This document shows, one piece after another, positions 17,414-28,432 of a stretch of DNA of 64,000 bases. The notes under the pieces were generated by a model. That model did no database searches. It saw only the letters and a program-made list of their open reading frames with translations, and was not told the DNA's origin. Position 1 is the stretch's first letter. Every line of letters starts with the position of its first letter. Origin of the DNA: Escherichia phage Killian; sequence record OQ446694.1. One strand, given 5' to 3'. Both the position numbers and the translations under genes were made by a program.

Positions 17414-17905
17414 ATGTTTGTAGATGATGTAACACGAGCGTTTGAATCTGGTGATTTTGCTCGACCTAACTTATTCCAAGTAGAAATTTCTTATCTTGGA
17501 CAAAATTTTACGTTTCAATGTAAAGCCACTGCTTTACCAGCTGGTATTGTAGAAAAAATTCCAGTCGGTTTTATGAACCGTAAAATTAACGTAGCAGGCG
17601 ATCGTACATTCGATGACTGGACTGTTACAGTAATGAACGATGAGGCGCATGATGCTCGCCAGAAGTTTGTTGATTGGCAAAGCATTGCTGCTGGGCAAGG
17701 GAATGAAATTACTGGTGGAAAACCAGCAGAGTATAAAAAGAGTGCTGTTGTTCGCCAATATGCTCGTGACGCTAAAACTGTAACAAAAGAAGTTGAAATT
17801 AAAGGCCTGTGGCCTACTAACGTGGGTGAACTTCAATTAGATTGGGATTCAAACAATGAAATCCAAACCTTTGAAGTAACTCTTGCTCTCGATTATTGGG
17901 AATAA
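17414..17905 (+). CDS. 19: tail tube protein gp19
   Basis: 163 aa as in T4. Confidence 0.95.
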   Translation: MFVDDVTRAFESGDFARPNLFQVEISYLGQNFTFQCKATALPAGIVEKIPVGFMNRKINVAGDRTFDDWTVTVMNDEAHDARQKFVDWQSIAAGQGNEITGGKPAEYKKSAVVRQYARDAKTVTKEVEIKGLWPTNVGELQLDWDSNNEIQTFEVTLALDYWE

Positions 17906-17937
17906 AATGAATGGGGAGAAATCCCCATCCTGCTTAA

Positions 17938-19562
<1,625 letters not shown>

Positions 19563-19563
<1 letters not shown>

Positions 19564-19802
19564 TGGAAGGTTTAATTGAAGCTATTAAATCAAACGACCT
19601 CGTAGCCGCTCGTAAATTATTTGCTGAAGCCATGGCTGCAAGAACGATTGATTTAATTAAAGAAGAAAAAATCGCTATCGCTCGTAATTTCTTAATCGAA
19701 GGTGAAGAACCTGACGATGAAGATGACGAAGATAGCGATGATAAAGACGACAAAAAAGACAAAGACTCTGATGAAGATGACGAAGACGAGGATGATGAAT
19801 AA
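19563..19802 (+). CDS. 67: prohead core protein gp67
   Basis: 79 aa with extremely acidic D/E-rich C-terminal tail; position between 20 and 68. Confidence 0.88.
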
Positions 19803-20227
19803 TGCTTCTGATCCCTGAAACTCATGAATTAGTTCTCGAGAATGTCGAAGCACTTATTCCTGAAGCACAGGGTCGCTTTGACGAATTGTCTTCTGCTTTA
19901 AATAAAGACGATATAAATACAATTGTCGAGAATATGCTTGATGATGAAACTGATTTAGCGGTTGCATTAGCTTCTATTAATGAAGATATGCCGCTAAATG
20001 AATTCATCGTTAAACATGTTTCTGCTCGTGGTGAAATTACACGTACCAAAGACCGCAAAACGCGTGAACGTAATGCATTTCAAACCACCGGGCTGTCTAA
20101 AGCAAAACGTAGACAAATTGCTCGCAAAGCTACCAAAACGAAGATTGCCAATCCAGCAGGTCAATCTCGTGCTCAGCGTAAGCGTAAAAAAGCTCTTAAA
20201 CGCCGTAAAGCATTAGGATTAAGCTAA
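19802..20227 (+). CDS. 68: prohead core protein gp68
   Basis: 141 aa, basic C-terminus, position between 67 and 21. Confidence 0.88.
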   Translation: MLLIPETHELVLENVEALIPEAQGRFDELSSALNKDDINTIVENMLDDETDLAVALASINEDMPLNEFIVKHVSARGEITRTKDRKTRERNAFQTTGLSKAKRRQIARKATKTKIANPAGQSRAQRKRKKALKRRKALGLS

Positions 20228-20865
20228 TGAATGAACCCCAATTACTAATTGAAACTTGGGGTCAACCTGGCGAAATTATTGATGGCGTGCCAATGCTTGA
20301 ATCTCATGATGGAAAAGACCTAGGTTTAAAACCCGGTTTATACATCGAAGGAATATTCATGCAAGCGGAAGTCGTCAATAGAAATAAACGTCTTTATCCA
20401 AAACGCATATTAGAAAAAGCGGTAAAAGACTATATCAATGAGCAAGTTTTAACTAAACAAGCTCTCGGAGAATTAAATCATCCTCCACGCGCTAATGTTG
20501 ACCCGATGCAAGCCGCTATCATTATAGAAGATATGTGGTGGAAAGGAAATGACGTATACGGACGAGCTCGTGTTATTGAAGGTGACCATGGTCCTGGAGA
20601 TAAATTAGCAGCTAATATTCGTGCCGGATGGATTCCAGGAGTTTCTTCTCGTGGATTAGGTTCATTGACTGACACAAATAAAGGTTATCGTATCGTAAAC
20701 GAAGGATTCAAATTAACTGTAGGTGTTGATGCAGTATGGGGTCCAAGTGCTCCAGATGCATGGGTAACTCCTAAGGAAATTACCGAATCACAGACGGCGG
20801 AAGCCGATACAAGTGCCGATGACGCCTATATGGCTCTCGCAGAGGCCATGAAAAAAGCGTTATAA
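20227..20865 (+). CDS. 21: prohead core protease gp21
   Basis: 212 aa as in T4. Confidence 0.93.
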   Translation: MNEPQLLIETWGQPGEIIDGVPMLESHDGKDLGLKPGLYIEGIFMQAEVVNRNKRLYPKRILEKAVKDYINEQVLTKQALGELNHPPRANVDPMQAAIIIEDMWWKGNDVYGRARVIEGDHGPGDKLAANIRAGWIPGVSSRGLGSLTDTNKGYRIVNEGFKLTVGVDAVWGPSAPDAWVTPKEITESQTAEADTSADDAYMALAEAMKKAL

Positions 20866-20868
20866 ATA
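20861..20868 (+). promoter_or_regulatory. T4 late promoter for gene 22
   Basis: TATAAATA overlapping gene 21 stop. Confidence 0.7.
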
Positions 20869-20895
20869 TTATTATCTAAACAACAGGACTACAAA

Positions 20896-21705
20896 ATGCT
20901 TAAAGAACAACTGATTGCTGAAGCGCAAAAAATTGATGCTTCCGTTGCTCTTGATAGTATTTTCGAATCAGTTAATATTTCTCCGGAAGCAAAAGAAACT
21001 TTCGGCACTGTATTCGAAGCTACCGTCAAGCAGCACGCCGTTAAATTAGCTGAATCTCATATCGCTAAAATTGCTGAAAAAGCAGAAGAAGAAGTAGAAA
21101 AAAATAAAGAAGAAGCCGAAGAAAAAGCTGAGAAGAAAATCGCTGAGCAAGCTTCTAAATTCATCGACCATCTTGCGAAAGAATGGCTCGCTGAAAATAA
21201 ATTAGCAGTTGATAAAGGCATCAAAGCCGAACTGTTTGAATCCATGCTTGGTGGATTAAAAGAGCTCTTTGTTGAACACAACGTTGTTGTTCCAGAAGAA
21301 TCAGTTGATGTTGTAGCTGAAATGGAAGAAGAGCTGCAAGAACATAAAGAAGAATCAGCTCGTCTGTTCGAAGAACTCAATAAGCGTGACGCATATATCA
21401 ATTATGTGCAGCGTGAAGTGGCATTGAGCGAAAGTACTAAAGATCTGACTGAGTCTCAAAAAGAAAAAGTCTCTGCTCTGGTCGAAGGTATGGATTATTC
21501 AGATGCATTCTCAAGTAAATTGAGTGCCATCGTAGAAATGGTGAAGAAGTCTAATAAAGATGAAAGCACTATTACTGAGGGTATAAATACTCCTGATACT
21601 GAAGCAGCCGGACTGAATTTCGTCACTGAAGCTGTAGAAGATAAAGCTGCACCTGGTGCAGAAGATATTGTAAGTGTATATGCGAAAGTCGCATCTCGTT
21701 TCTAA
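20896..21705 (+). CDS. 22: prohead core scaffold protein gp22
   Basis: 269 aa, E/K-rich coiled coil. Confidence 0.93.
   Translation: MLKEQLIAEAQKIDASVALDSIFESVNISPEAKETFGTVFEATVKQHAVKLAESHIAKIAEKAEEEVEKNKEEAEEKAEKKIAEQASKFIDHLAKEWLAENKLAVDKGIKAELFESMLGGLKELFVEHNVVVPEESVDVVAEMEEELQEHKEESARLFEELNKRDAYINYVQREVALSESTKDLTESQKEKVSALVEGMDYSDAFSSKLSAIVEMVKKSNKDESTITEGINTPDTEAAGLNFVTEAVEDKAAPGAEDIVSVYAKVASRF
21582..21589 (+). promoter_or_regulatory. T4 late promoter inside gene 22 (gene 23 promoter)
   Basis: exact TATAAATA ~135 nt upstream of gene 23 ATG, within the gene 22 ORF. Confidence 0.65.
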
Positions 21706-21723
21706 TTTTAAAGGTTAACACAA

Positions 21724-23289
21724 ATGACTATCAAAACTAAAGCTGAACTTTTGAACAAATGGAAGCCATTACTGGAAGGTGAAGGTTTACCGGAAATTGC
21801 TAATAGCAAACAAGCGATTATCGCTAAAATCTTTGAAAACCAGGAAAAAGATTTCCAGACAGCTCCAGAGTACAAAGACGAAAAAATCGCTCAGGCGTTC
21901 GGTTCTTTCTTAACAGAAGCTGAAATCGGTGGTGACCACGGTTACAACGCTACTAACATTGCTGCTGGTCAGACTTCTGGCGCAGTAACTCAGATTGGCC
22001 CAGCTGTTATGGGTATGGTACGTCGTGCTATTCCTAACCTGATTGCTTTCGATATTTGTGGTGTTCAGCCGATGAACAGCCCGACTGGTCAGGTATTCGC
22101 ACTGCGCGCAGTATATGGTAAAGACCCAATCGCTGCTGATGCTAAAGAAGCATTCCACCCAATGTATGGTCCAGATGCAATGTTCTCTGGTCAGGGTGCT
22201 GCTAAGAAATTCCCAGCTCTGGCTGCTAGCACACAAACCAAAGTAGGTGATATCTATACTCACTTCTTCCAGGAAACTGGTACTGTATATCTGCAAGCTT
22301 CTGCTCAAGTAACAATTAGTTCTACTGCAGATGATGCAGCTAAATTAGATGCTGAAATTAAGAAACAAATGGAAGCTGGCGCATTGGTAGAAATCGCTGA
22401 AGGTATGGCTACTTCTATCGCTGAACTTCAGGAAGGTTTCAACGGTTCTACCGATAACCCATGGAATGAAATGGGCTTCCGTATCGATAAACAAGTTATC
22501 GAAGCTAAATCTCGTCAGCTGAAAGCTGCTTACTCTATCGAATTAGCACAAGACCTCCGCGCTGTTCACGGTATGGATGCTGATGCTGAACTGTCTGGTA
22601 TTCTGGCTACCGAAATCATGTTGGAAATCAACCGTGAAGTTGTTGATTGGATTAACTACTCAGCTCAGGTTGGTAAATCTGGTATGACCCTGACTCCGGG
22701 TTCTAAAGCTGGTGTATTTGACTTCCAGGATCCGATTGATATTCGTGGTGCTCGCTGGGCGGGTGAATCCTTTAAAGCTCTGTTGTTCCAGATTGACAAA
22801 GAAGCAGTTGAAATTGCTCGTCAGACCGGTCGTGGTGAAGGTAACTTCATTATCGCTTCCCGTAACGTAGTTAACGTTCTGGCTTCAGTTGATACTGGCA
22901 TTTCTTATGCTGCACAGGGTCTGGCTACCGGCTTTAACACTGATACTACCAAGTCAGTATTTGCTGGTGTTCTGGGTGGTAAATACCGTGTATATATCGA
23001 CCAGTATGCTAAACAGGATTATTTCACTGTAGGTTATAAAGGTCCGAACGAAATGGATGCTGGTATTTACTACGCTCCATATGTAGCTCTGACTCCGCTG
23101 CGTGGTTCCGATCCGAAGAACTTCCAACCGGTAATGGGATTCAAAACTCGTTACGGTATCGGTATCAACCCATTTGCAGAATCCGCTGCTCAGGCTCCGG
23201 CTTCTCGCATCCAGAGCGGTATGCCTTCTATTCTGAATAGCCTTGGTAAAAACGCTTACTTCCGCCGTGTATATGTTAAAGGTATCTAA
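21724..23289 (+). CDS. 23: major capsid protein gp23
   Basis: 521 aa, starts MTIKTKAELLNKWKPLLEGEG; higher GC and codon bias of a highly expressed gene. Confidence 0.97.
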   Translation: MTIKTKAELLNKWKPLLEGEGLPEIANSKQAIIAKIFENQEKDFQTAPEYKDEKIAQAFGSFLTEAEIGGDHGYNATNIAAGQTSGAVTQIGPAVMGMVRRAIPNLIAFDICGVQPMNSPTGQVFALRAVYGKDPIAADAKEAFHPMYGPDAMFSGQGAAKKFPALAASTQTKVGDIYTHFFQETGTVYLQASAQVTISSTADDAAKLDAEIKKQMEAGALVEIAEGMATSIAELQEGFNGSTDNPWNEMGFRIDKQVIEAKSRQLKAAYSIELAQDLRAVHGMDADAELSGILATEIMLEINREVVDWINYSAQVGKSGMTLTPGSKAGVFDFQDPIDIRGARWAGESFKALLFQIDKEAVEIARQTGRGEGNFIIASRNVVNVLASVDTGISYAAQGLATGFNTDTTKSVFAGVLGGKYRVYIDQYAKQDYFTVGYKGPNEMDAGIYYAPYVALTPLRGSDPKNFQPVMGFKTRYGIGINPFAESAAQAPASRIQSGMPSILNSLGKNAYFRRVYVKGI

Positions 23290-23304
23290 TCTTTGACGAT
23301 TTAA

Positions 23305-23335
23305 GGGACCTTCGGGTCCCTTTAGTTGTTTTTAT
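23305..23335 (+). terminator. rho-independent terminator after gene 23
   Basis: gggacc-ttcg-ggtccc then T-rich tract. Confidence 0.75.
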
Positions 23336-23337
23336 GG

Positions 23338-23345
23338 TATAAATA
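23338..23345 (+). promoter_or_regulatory. T4 late promoter for gene 24
   Basis: exact TATAAATA 27 nt upstream of gene 24 ATG. Confidence 0.7.
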
Positions 23346-23372
23346 AATCATATAAACCAAAAGGAAAGCGCA

Positions 23373-24656
23373 ATGGCTAAAATCAACGAACTTCTGCGCG
23401 AATCAACCACAACGAATAGCAACTCAATCGGTCGCCCAAATCTCGTTGCTTTGACTCGCGCTACCACTAAATTAATATATTCTGACATTGTAGCAACGCA
23501 AAGAACTAATCAACCTGTTGCTGCTTTTTATGGTATCAAATACCTTAACCCAGATAACGAATTTACATTTAAAACTGGTGCTACTTACGCCGGCGAAGCT
23601 GGGTATGTAGACCGAGAACAAATCACAGAATTAACAGAAGAGTCTAAATTAACTCTCAATAAAGGCGATTTATTCAAATATAATAATATCGTTTATAAAG
23701 TATTAGAAGATACACCATTTGCTGATATTGAAGAAAGCGATTTAGAATTAGCTCTTCAGATTGCAATTGTTCTTTTAAAGGTTCGTCTATTTTCTGATGC
23801 TGCAGTAACAAGCAAATTTGAAAGCTCTGATAGTGAAATTGCGGATGCTAGATTCCAGATTAATAAATGGCAAACCGCAGTTAAATCTCGTAAACTTAAA
23901 ACTGGCATCACAGTCGAATTAGCACAAGATTTAGAAGCAAATGGATTCGATGCTCCTAATTTCTTGGAAGATTTGCTTGCAACTGAAATGGCGGATGAAA
24001 TCAATAAAGATATTCTACAGTCTTTGATTACAGTATCAAAACGCTATAAAGTTACAGGAATTACTGATACTGGATTCATTGATTTGAGTTATGCATCTGC
24101 ACCTGAAGCTGGTCGTTCATTATACCGAATGGTGTGTGAAATGGTTTCACATATTCAGAAAGAATCAACTTATACAGCAACGTTCTGTGTTGCTTCAGCT
24201 CGTGCCGCTGCGATTCTTGCTGCATCAGGTTGGTTAAAACATAAACCAGAAGATGACAAATATCTTTCACAAAATGCCTACGGGTTCTTAGCTAATGGTT
24301 TACCGCTTTATTGCGATACCAACAGTCCATTAGATTATGTAATCGTTGGCGTAGTAGAAAATATTGGTGAAAAAGAAATTGTTGGATCAATTTTCTATGC
24401 TCCGTATACAGAAGGTCTTGACTTAGATGACCCTGAACATGTAGGTGCATTTAAAGTTGTAGTTGATCCAGAAAGTTTGCAGCCATCTATCGGTTTATTA
24501 GTTAGATATGCTTTATCTGCAAATCCTTACACTGTAGCAAAAGATGAAAAAGAAGCAAGAGTAATTGATGGTGGAGACATGGATAAAATGGCGGGTCGTT
24601 CAGATTTGTCTGTTTTATTAGGTGTTAAGTTACCAAAAATTATCATTGATGAATAA
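23373..24656 (+). CDS. 24: capsid vertex protein gp24
   Basis: 427 aa; paralog of gp23. Confidence 0.93.
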   Translation: MAKINELLRESTTTNSNSIGRPNLVALTRATTKLIYSDIVATQRTNQPVAAFYGIKYLNPDNEFTFKTGATYAGEAGYVDREQITELTEESKLTLNKGDLFKYNNIVYKVLEDTPFADIEESDLELALQIAIVLLKVRLFSDAAVTSKFESSDSEIADARFQINKWQTAVKSRKLKTGITVELAQDLEANGFDAPNFLEDLLATEMADEINKDILQSLITVSKRYKVTGITDTGFIDLSYASAPEAGRSLYRMVCEMVSHIQKESTYTATFCVASARAAAILAASGWLKHKPEDDKYLSQNAYGFLANGLPLYCDTNSPLDYVIVGVVENIGEKEIVGSIFYAPYTEGLDLDDPEHVGAFKVVVDPESLQPSIGLLVRYALSANPYTVAKDEKEARVIDGGDMDKMAGRSDLSVLLGVKLPKIIIDE

Positions 24657-24660
24657 AACA

Positions 24661-24688
24661 AAGGGACCGAAAGGTCCCTTTTTATTTA
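24661..24688. terminator. bidirectional terminator between convergent genes 24 and rnlB
   Basis: agggacc-gaaa-ggtccct hairpin flanked by A-run on one side and T-run on the other. Confidence 0.75.
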
Positions 24689-25690
24689 ACTTACCAATTC
24701 AATCCAAGCCGGACGAAGTACATCTTGTACCATTTTAACTAATTCCTTCTTAATCAAAGAAGGATTATCCGCTTGAGTTAGAGTAATACCTTCACGAGAA
24801 GTTTCTTCCAAAATATCTTGAACCGTTAGTCCCATCACCTTTCCAAAATCTTTTGGACCGATTTCGCCAATTTTAGAAATAACGTTATTTACTCGGTTCA
24901 GTGTAACGTAACAAGCTAAAATTCCAACCAATTTGTTATCAGCTTCTGACAGTTCAACTTTAGCTTTAATAGGCTTATCAGACTTTTTCTTTTCACTAAA
25001 TTTAGAGTTCTTGCATTTGATAGCTACGCGATTGCCATTAGGCATCCAAGAAGGATAACAAGGTTTCAATACATATCCTTCAGCGGTAAATACTTCGCCT
25101 TTTACTTCAGCATTCCAAACGCATTTATTCGCATCAACTAATCCAGCATGGTCTACTGTAAAATTATAATCTTGGACGACAGAATCTAAATCATTTGGCA
25201 ATTTAATAAGCTCTTCAAATTTACCGCGACCTAAAAGTGGAGCCATTTTAAATTTAAATGTATTACAGAATGATTCCATCATATAATCATCGACATAAGT
25301 CACATCACCACTTTCTGTAGTAACAATAATGTCAAATACATAAAAATCTTTATCGCCATAATCGACATTCTTCTGAATGCCAGGTCCGGCAAATTCACCG
25401 AAGACTTGATAAGATACAACCGCTGAAGTTTCCATAATATCTTGTACTGCTTTAATGGAATCAGCGTAATTCTTCAAAATAATTTCATACCCAAAGAAAT
25501 CTTCAGCAGGAAGAATAGGACCAGTTCGTTTAGCACAAGTTACTTTATCACGCTCAATAATCAATGAGAAATTTGTGCCATGAATCTTTTCACGAGCTAC
25601 CCATTCGCCACCAGTCAATCCTAAACTATAAAGTTTTTCAATGAATTTAGAATTGTAATGATTTTCAAGACTGCTATACTTTTTAAACAT
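24686..25690 (-). CDS. rnlB: RNA ligase 2
   Basis: 334 aa, starts [16 protein letters not shown], contains ligase KIHG lysine motif. Confidence 0.93.
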   Translation of the reverse strand: MFKKYSSLENHYNSKFIEKLYSLGLTGGEWVAREKIHGTNFSLIIERDKVTCAKRTGPILPAEDFFGYEIILKNYADSIKAVQDIMETSAVVSYQVFGEFAGPGIQKNVDYGDKDFYVFDIIVTTESGDVTYVDDYMMESFCNTFKFKMAPLLGRGKFEELIKLPNDLDSVVQDYNFTVDHAGLVDANKCVWNAEVKGEVFTAEGYVLKPCYPSWMPNGNRVAIKCKNSKFSEKKKSDKPIKAKVELSEADNKLVGILACYVTLNRVNNVISKIGEIGPKDFGKVMGLTVQDILEETSREGITLTQADNPSLIKKELVKMVQDVLRPAWIELVS

Positions 25691-25699
25691 AATTAATCC

Positions 25700-25978
25700 T
25701 CAAAATGTAATTTCTAACCAATCACCATCACGCTGATCACTATTGACTTTAAAGCTAAATCCTTCTTTTCTCAGCCAATCACCAATTTCTTCAGTAATCA
25801 ATTTATCGCGAGCAGTACAATAATAACTAAAATATGTTTTACCTTGTTCAGCTGCTTTATTAGCAAGTTCCGAAAAATCTTTAATAAAACACTCTAACTT
25901 AAACTGTTTACTTTTAAGTGCTTTTTCACGTAATTGATTAGCAAAAGATTCATTTTCATAAAGATCATACTGTTCCAT
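25700..25978 (-). CDS. hypothetical protein (T4 24.2-like)
   Basis: 92-aa ORF in the T4 24.2 position. Confidence 0.6.
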   Translation of the reverse strand: MEQYDLYENESFANQLREKALKSKQFKLECFIKDFSELANKAAEQGKTYFSYYCTARDKLITEEIGDWLRKEGFSFKVNSDQRDGDWLEITF

Positions 25979-25981
25979 TTT

Positions 25982-26167
25982 TCACCTTTTATTAATATGT
26001 CTTTTTCTATAGACAACTTTTTCTCGAGTTTCAAATTTATTCTTAGCAGTCATAGCTCGAGCCCATAATACAGCCACTTCTTTCGCCTGTAAGTTTAATT
26101 CACGAGCAATTTCAATGAATGACTTTCCAGACTCATGAAGAGTAAACACCACAACCTCAGTTCTCAT
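25982..26167 (-). CDS. hypothetical small protein, possible HTH (T4 24.3-like)
   Basis: 61-aa ORF; helix-turn-helix-like segment SFIEIARELNLQAKEVA. Confidence 0.55.
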   Translation of the reverse strand: MRTEVVVFTLHESGKSFIEIARELNLQAKEVAVLWARAMTAKNKFETREKVVYRKRHINKR

Positions 26168-26245
26168 ATCAATCTCACGTTATCGAGTTGATGCCATTAT
26201 ATACATCATTTTCTGAGTATGTTTTGTGTGCTTTCAAAATGAAGA

Positions 26246-26263
26246 AAGGGGCCGAAGCCCCTT
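26246..26263 (-). terminator. terminator downstream of hoc
   Basis: aggggc-cgaa-gcccct hairpin; on the - strand followed by a T-rich tract. Confidence 0.6.
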
Positions 26264-26273
26264 ATGATTATGA

Positions 26274-27692
26274 TTATGGATAGGTATAGATGATACCAGT
26301 TTCTAAAGCAGTTTTATGAATGATGTATCCATTACGTGATTCTTGAACATCAACTTCTGGATAGTCTTTCATCATCTTCTGAAGAGTGTAACGATGCAGG
26401 TAGTATTTACTGTCTGGATCTTCAGTTTTCCAATCTTTACCTTCTTCGGTCATTTTTTGGATTTCATCCATAACCCACCAACCGCACCAGATATAAGCTG
26501 AAGTACGATGTGGAAGAGGATGAACATAAGGCAATTCACCTTCTGGTTCCGGAGCAACTTTATCAGTTACCTGAACTTGGCCTGTTGCTTTAACTGTTTT
26601 ACTATCATAGTCGGTTGCTGTAACGACAGCAGTAACTTCAATAGTTTGACTTCCAATAGATGAGGTGTCAACGGTGTATACGTTAGTTGACCCTTCTACA
26701 GGAGAAGAATCTTTCTTCCATGAGTATTCGATTTGTGCTTCTTCTGGAGCATCAGTGACATTAGCCGTAAATGTAGCCGAAGCATCTTGCTGAACGTTAA
26801 TAGAAGGAGGAGTCAATGTAACCTGCGGATTCATTGTCTTCTTATTAACTGTCAATGATACTTCATTAGAAGTAACTTCCTTTTCATTGTAATTTTCAGC
26901 CGTTACTTGGGCTACACACTTAACTGTTTTAGCTCCAACTGTGGTAGGAGTATAGTTAAATGTAGTAGTAGTTTCTCCATCGACCAGAGAACCGTCAACA
27001 TACCACTGATACGTAGCAGACGCTCCTGGTGGCTGTGAATCCAAGGCAGCAGTAAATTGAACTGGGGTTCCAATTACTCCGGCAGCAGGATTAGCAGGAG
27101 TTACGGCTAACGTAGTTGTCTGTGTTTTCTTATTAACTGTTAATGATACTTCATTAGAAGTAACTGTTTTTGCGTCATAATCTGTTGCTGTTACTTGAGC
27201 TACACACTTGATTTTTTTAACTCCGCTTGTGTCAGGAGTGTAATTGAATGTAGCGTCAGTTGCTTCGTCTACAGGAGAACCGTCAACGTGCCATTGATAC
27301 GTAGCGTTTGCACCTGATGGCTGTGAAGCTAAGGCAGCGGTAAATTCAATTGGAGTTCCAATCACTCCAGCATCAGGGCTACCAGGAGTTACAGCTAAAG
27401 TAGTTGTTTGTGTTTTATTTTTGACTGTGATAGTTGTCGTAGTTTCTGCTGTTTCAGGATCAGCTTCTGGAACTGTATTTGTTGCAACCACCTTAATAGT
27501 CTTTTGACCTGCAGGTCCTTTTAGTACATAGCTAAAAGTTGCTTCAGCTCCATCCTGTGGAACATTATCTACACTCCAAGCATAGGTAATAGTTCCACCT
27601 TCAGTTTGACCACTGGGTGTAGCAGTAAACTGCTTGGTTTCATCAATAACTCCTGTTGGGGTTTTAGGAGTTATATCAACTGTAAAAGTCAT
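26274..27692 (-). CDS. hoc: head outer capsid protein Hoc, with an extra tandem Ig-like domain
   Basis: 472 aa (recalled T4 Hoc 376 aa); two ~96-aa near-identical internal repeats. Confidence 0.88.
   Translation of the reverse strand: MTFTVDITPKTPTGVIDETKQFTATPSGQTEGGTITYAWSVDNVPQDGAEATFSYVLKGPAGQKTIKVVATNTVPEADPETAETTTTITVKNKTQTTTLAVTPGSPDAGVIGTPIEFTAALASQPSGANATYQWHVDGSPVDEATDATFNYTPDTSGVKKIKCVAQVTATDYDAKTVTSNEVSLTVNKKTQTTTLAVTPANPAAGVIGTPVQFTAALDSQPPGASATYQWYVDGSLVDGETTTTFNYTPTTVGAKTVKCVAQVTAENYNEKEVTSNEVSLTVNKKTMNPQVTLTPPSINVQQDASATFTANVTDAPEEAQIEYSWKKDSSPVEGSTNVYTVDTSSIGSQTIEVTAVVTATDYDSKTVKATGQVQVTDKVAPEPEGELPYVHPLPHRTSAYIWCGWWVMDEIQKMTEEGKDWKTEDPDSKYYLHRYTLQKMMKDYPEVDVQESRNGYIIHKTALETGIIYTYP
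26841..27416 (-). repeat. tandem direct duplication (2 x ~288 bp) inside hoc
   Basis: 26841-27128 and 27129-27416 are near-identical in DNA and encode repeats TQTTTLAVTP...SLTVNKK. Confidence 0.85.
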
Positions 27693-27701
27693 AAGTTATC
27701 C

Positions 27702-28382
27702 TTATTTTAATGTTACGAAAGAAGAATTGCGTGTTTCACGAATTAGAACTGATCCGTCACGATTAATGTAGTAAATTAAGCTAAATAAAGTTTGATGCGC
27801 AGACGCATGTTCAAAACTGGTTGGGCGAGATTTCCAATCTGGAGTTTCAGCAATCCATTGGTAAATCCACCAAGGAACAGTGCAGAATCCTGGATTTTTT
27901 CCAATCAGCTGAAGATTTGGGCTAAAGTTTTCCGGAAGAGTAAATACAGACGGCTTTTCAGATTCAATAATCTCAGCTACAGCCTGTTCGAATTTTTCTT
28001 CAACAAAAGGAGTATCTTCAATCAAAACATCGGTATTTTCAGGAATTTTATCCGTTTCTACTACTTCAATTTTAATGTCAGATTTAACCGGAGAATCAAT
28101 CAGAAGTGCTGCCTCTGGATTGACTTCTTCATCGTCATATTTTAATCCGTCTGCGGCATCAGCAGCATCGATTAAGTCTTTAATAGATAACCCATCAGTC
28201 TCTGGCATAGGTTCACTAGCGAGCTTCTGGAGGGCTTCTTCAATATCATTAACGATATTATCAAAAGATTTATTCTTTTTGACCTTTATACCAAACTGTT
28301 CAGCATATTCAGCTAATTTAGCTTTAGCTTCTTTATTATCATCAAGAGCCTTCAGCTTTGCAATATAATCTTTATCTATCAT
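27702..28382 (-). CDS. inh: inhibitor of prohead protease
   Basis: 226 aa as in T4 Inh; position between hoc and uvsW. Confidence 0.85.
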   Translation of the reverse strand: MIDKDYIAKLKALDDNKEAKAKLAEYAEQFGIKVKKNKSFDNIVNDIEEALQKLASEPMPETDGLSIKDLIDAADAADGLKYDDEEVNPEAALLIDSPVKSDIKIEVVETDKIPENTDVLIEDTPFVEEKFEQAVAEIIESEKPSVFTLPENFSPNLQLIGKNPGFCTVPWWIYQWIAETPDWKSRPTSFEHASAHQTLFSLIYYINRDGSVLIRETRNSSFVTLK

Positions 28383-28395
28383 AATATTTCCTCAG

Positions 28396-28403
28396 TATAA
28401 ATA
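28396..28403 (+). promoter_or_regulatory. T4 late promoter for uvsW
   Basis: exact TATAAATA 30 nt upstream of uvsW ATG. Confidence 0.65.
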
Positions 28404-28432
28404 TAGATATATTTATTACATGGTATTTAAAC

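Noticed and set aside
21057-21401. 114-aa Ser-rich ORF on the - strand
   Set aside because: Antisense to the E/K-rich scaffold gene 22; no RBS and no terminator context.
27792-28368. Two + strand ORFs (117 and 97 aa) inside inh
   Set aside because: Antisense to inh, low-complexity composition; no support.
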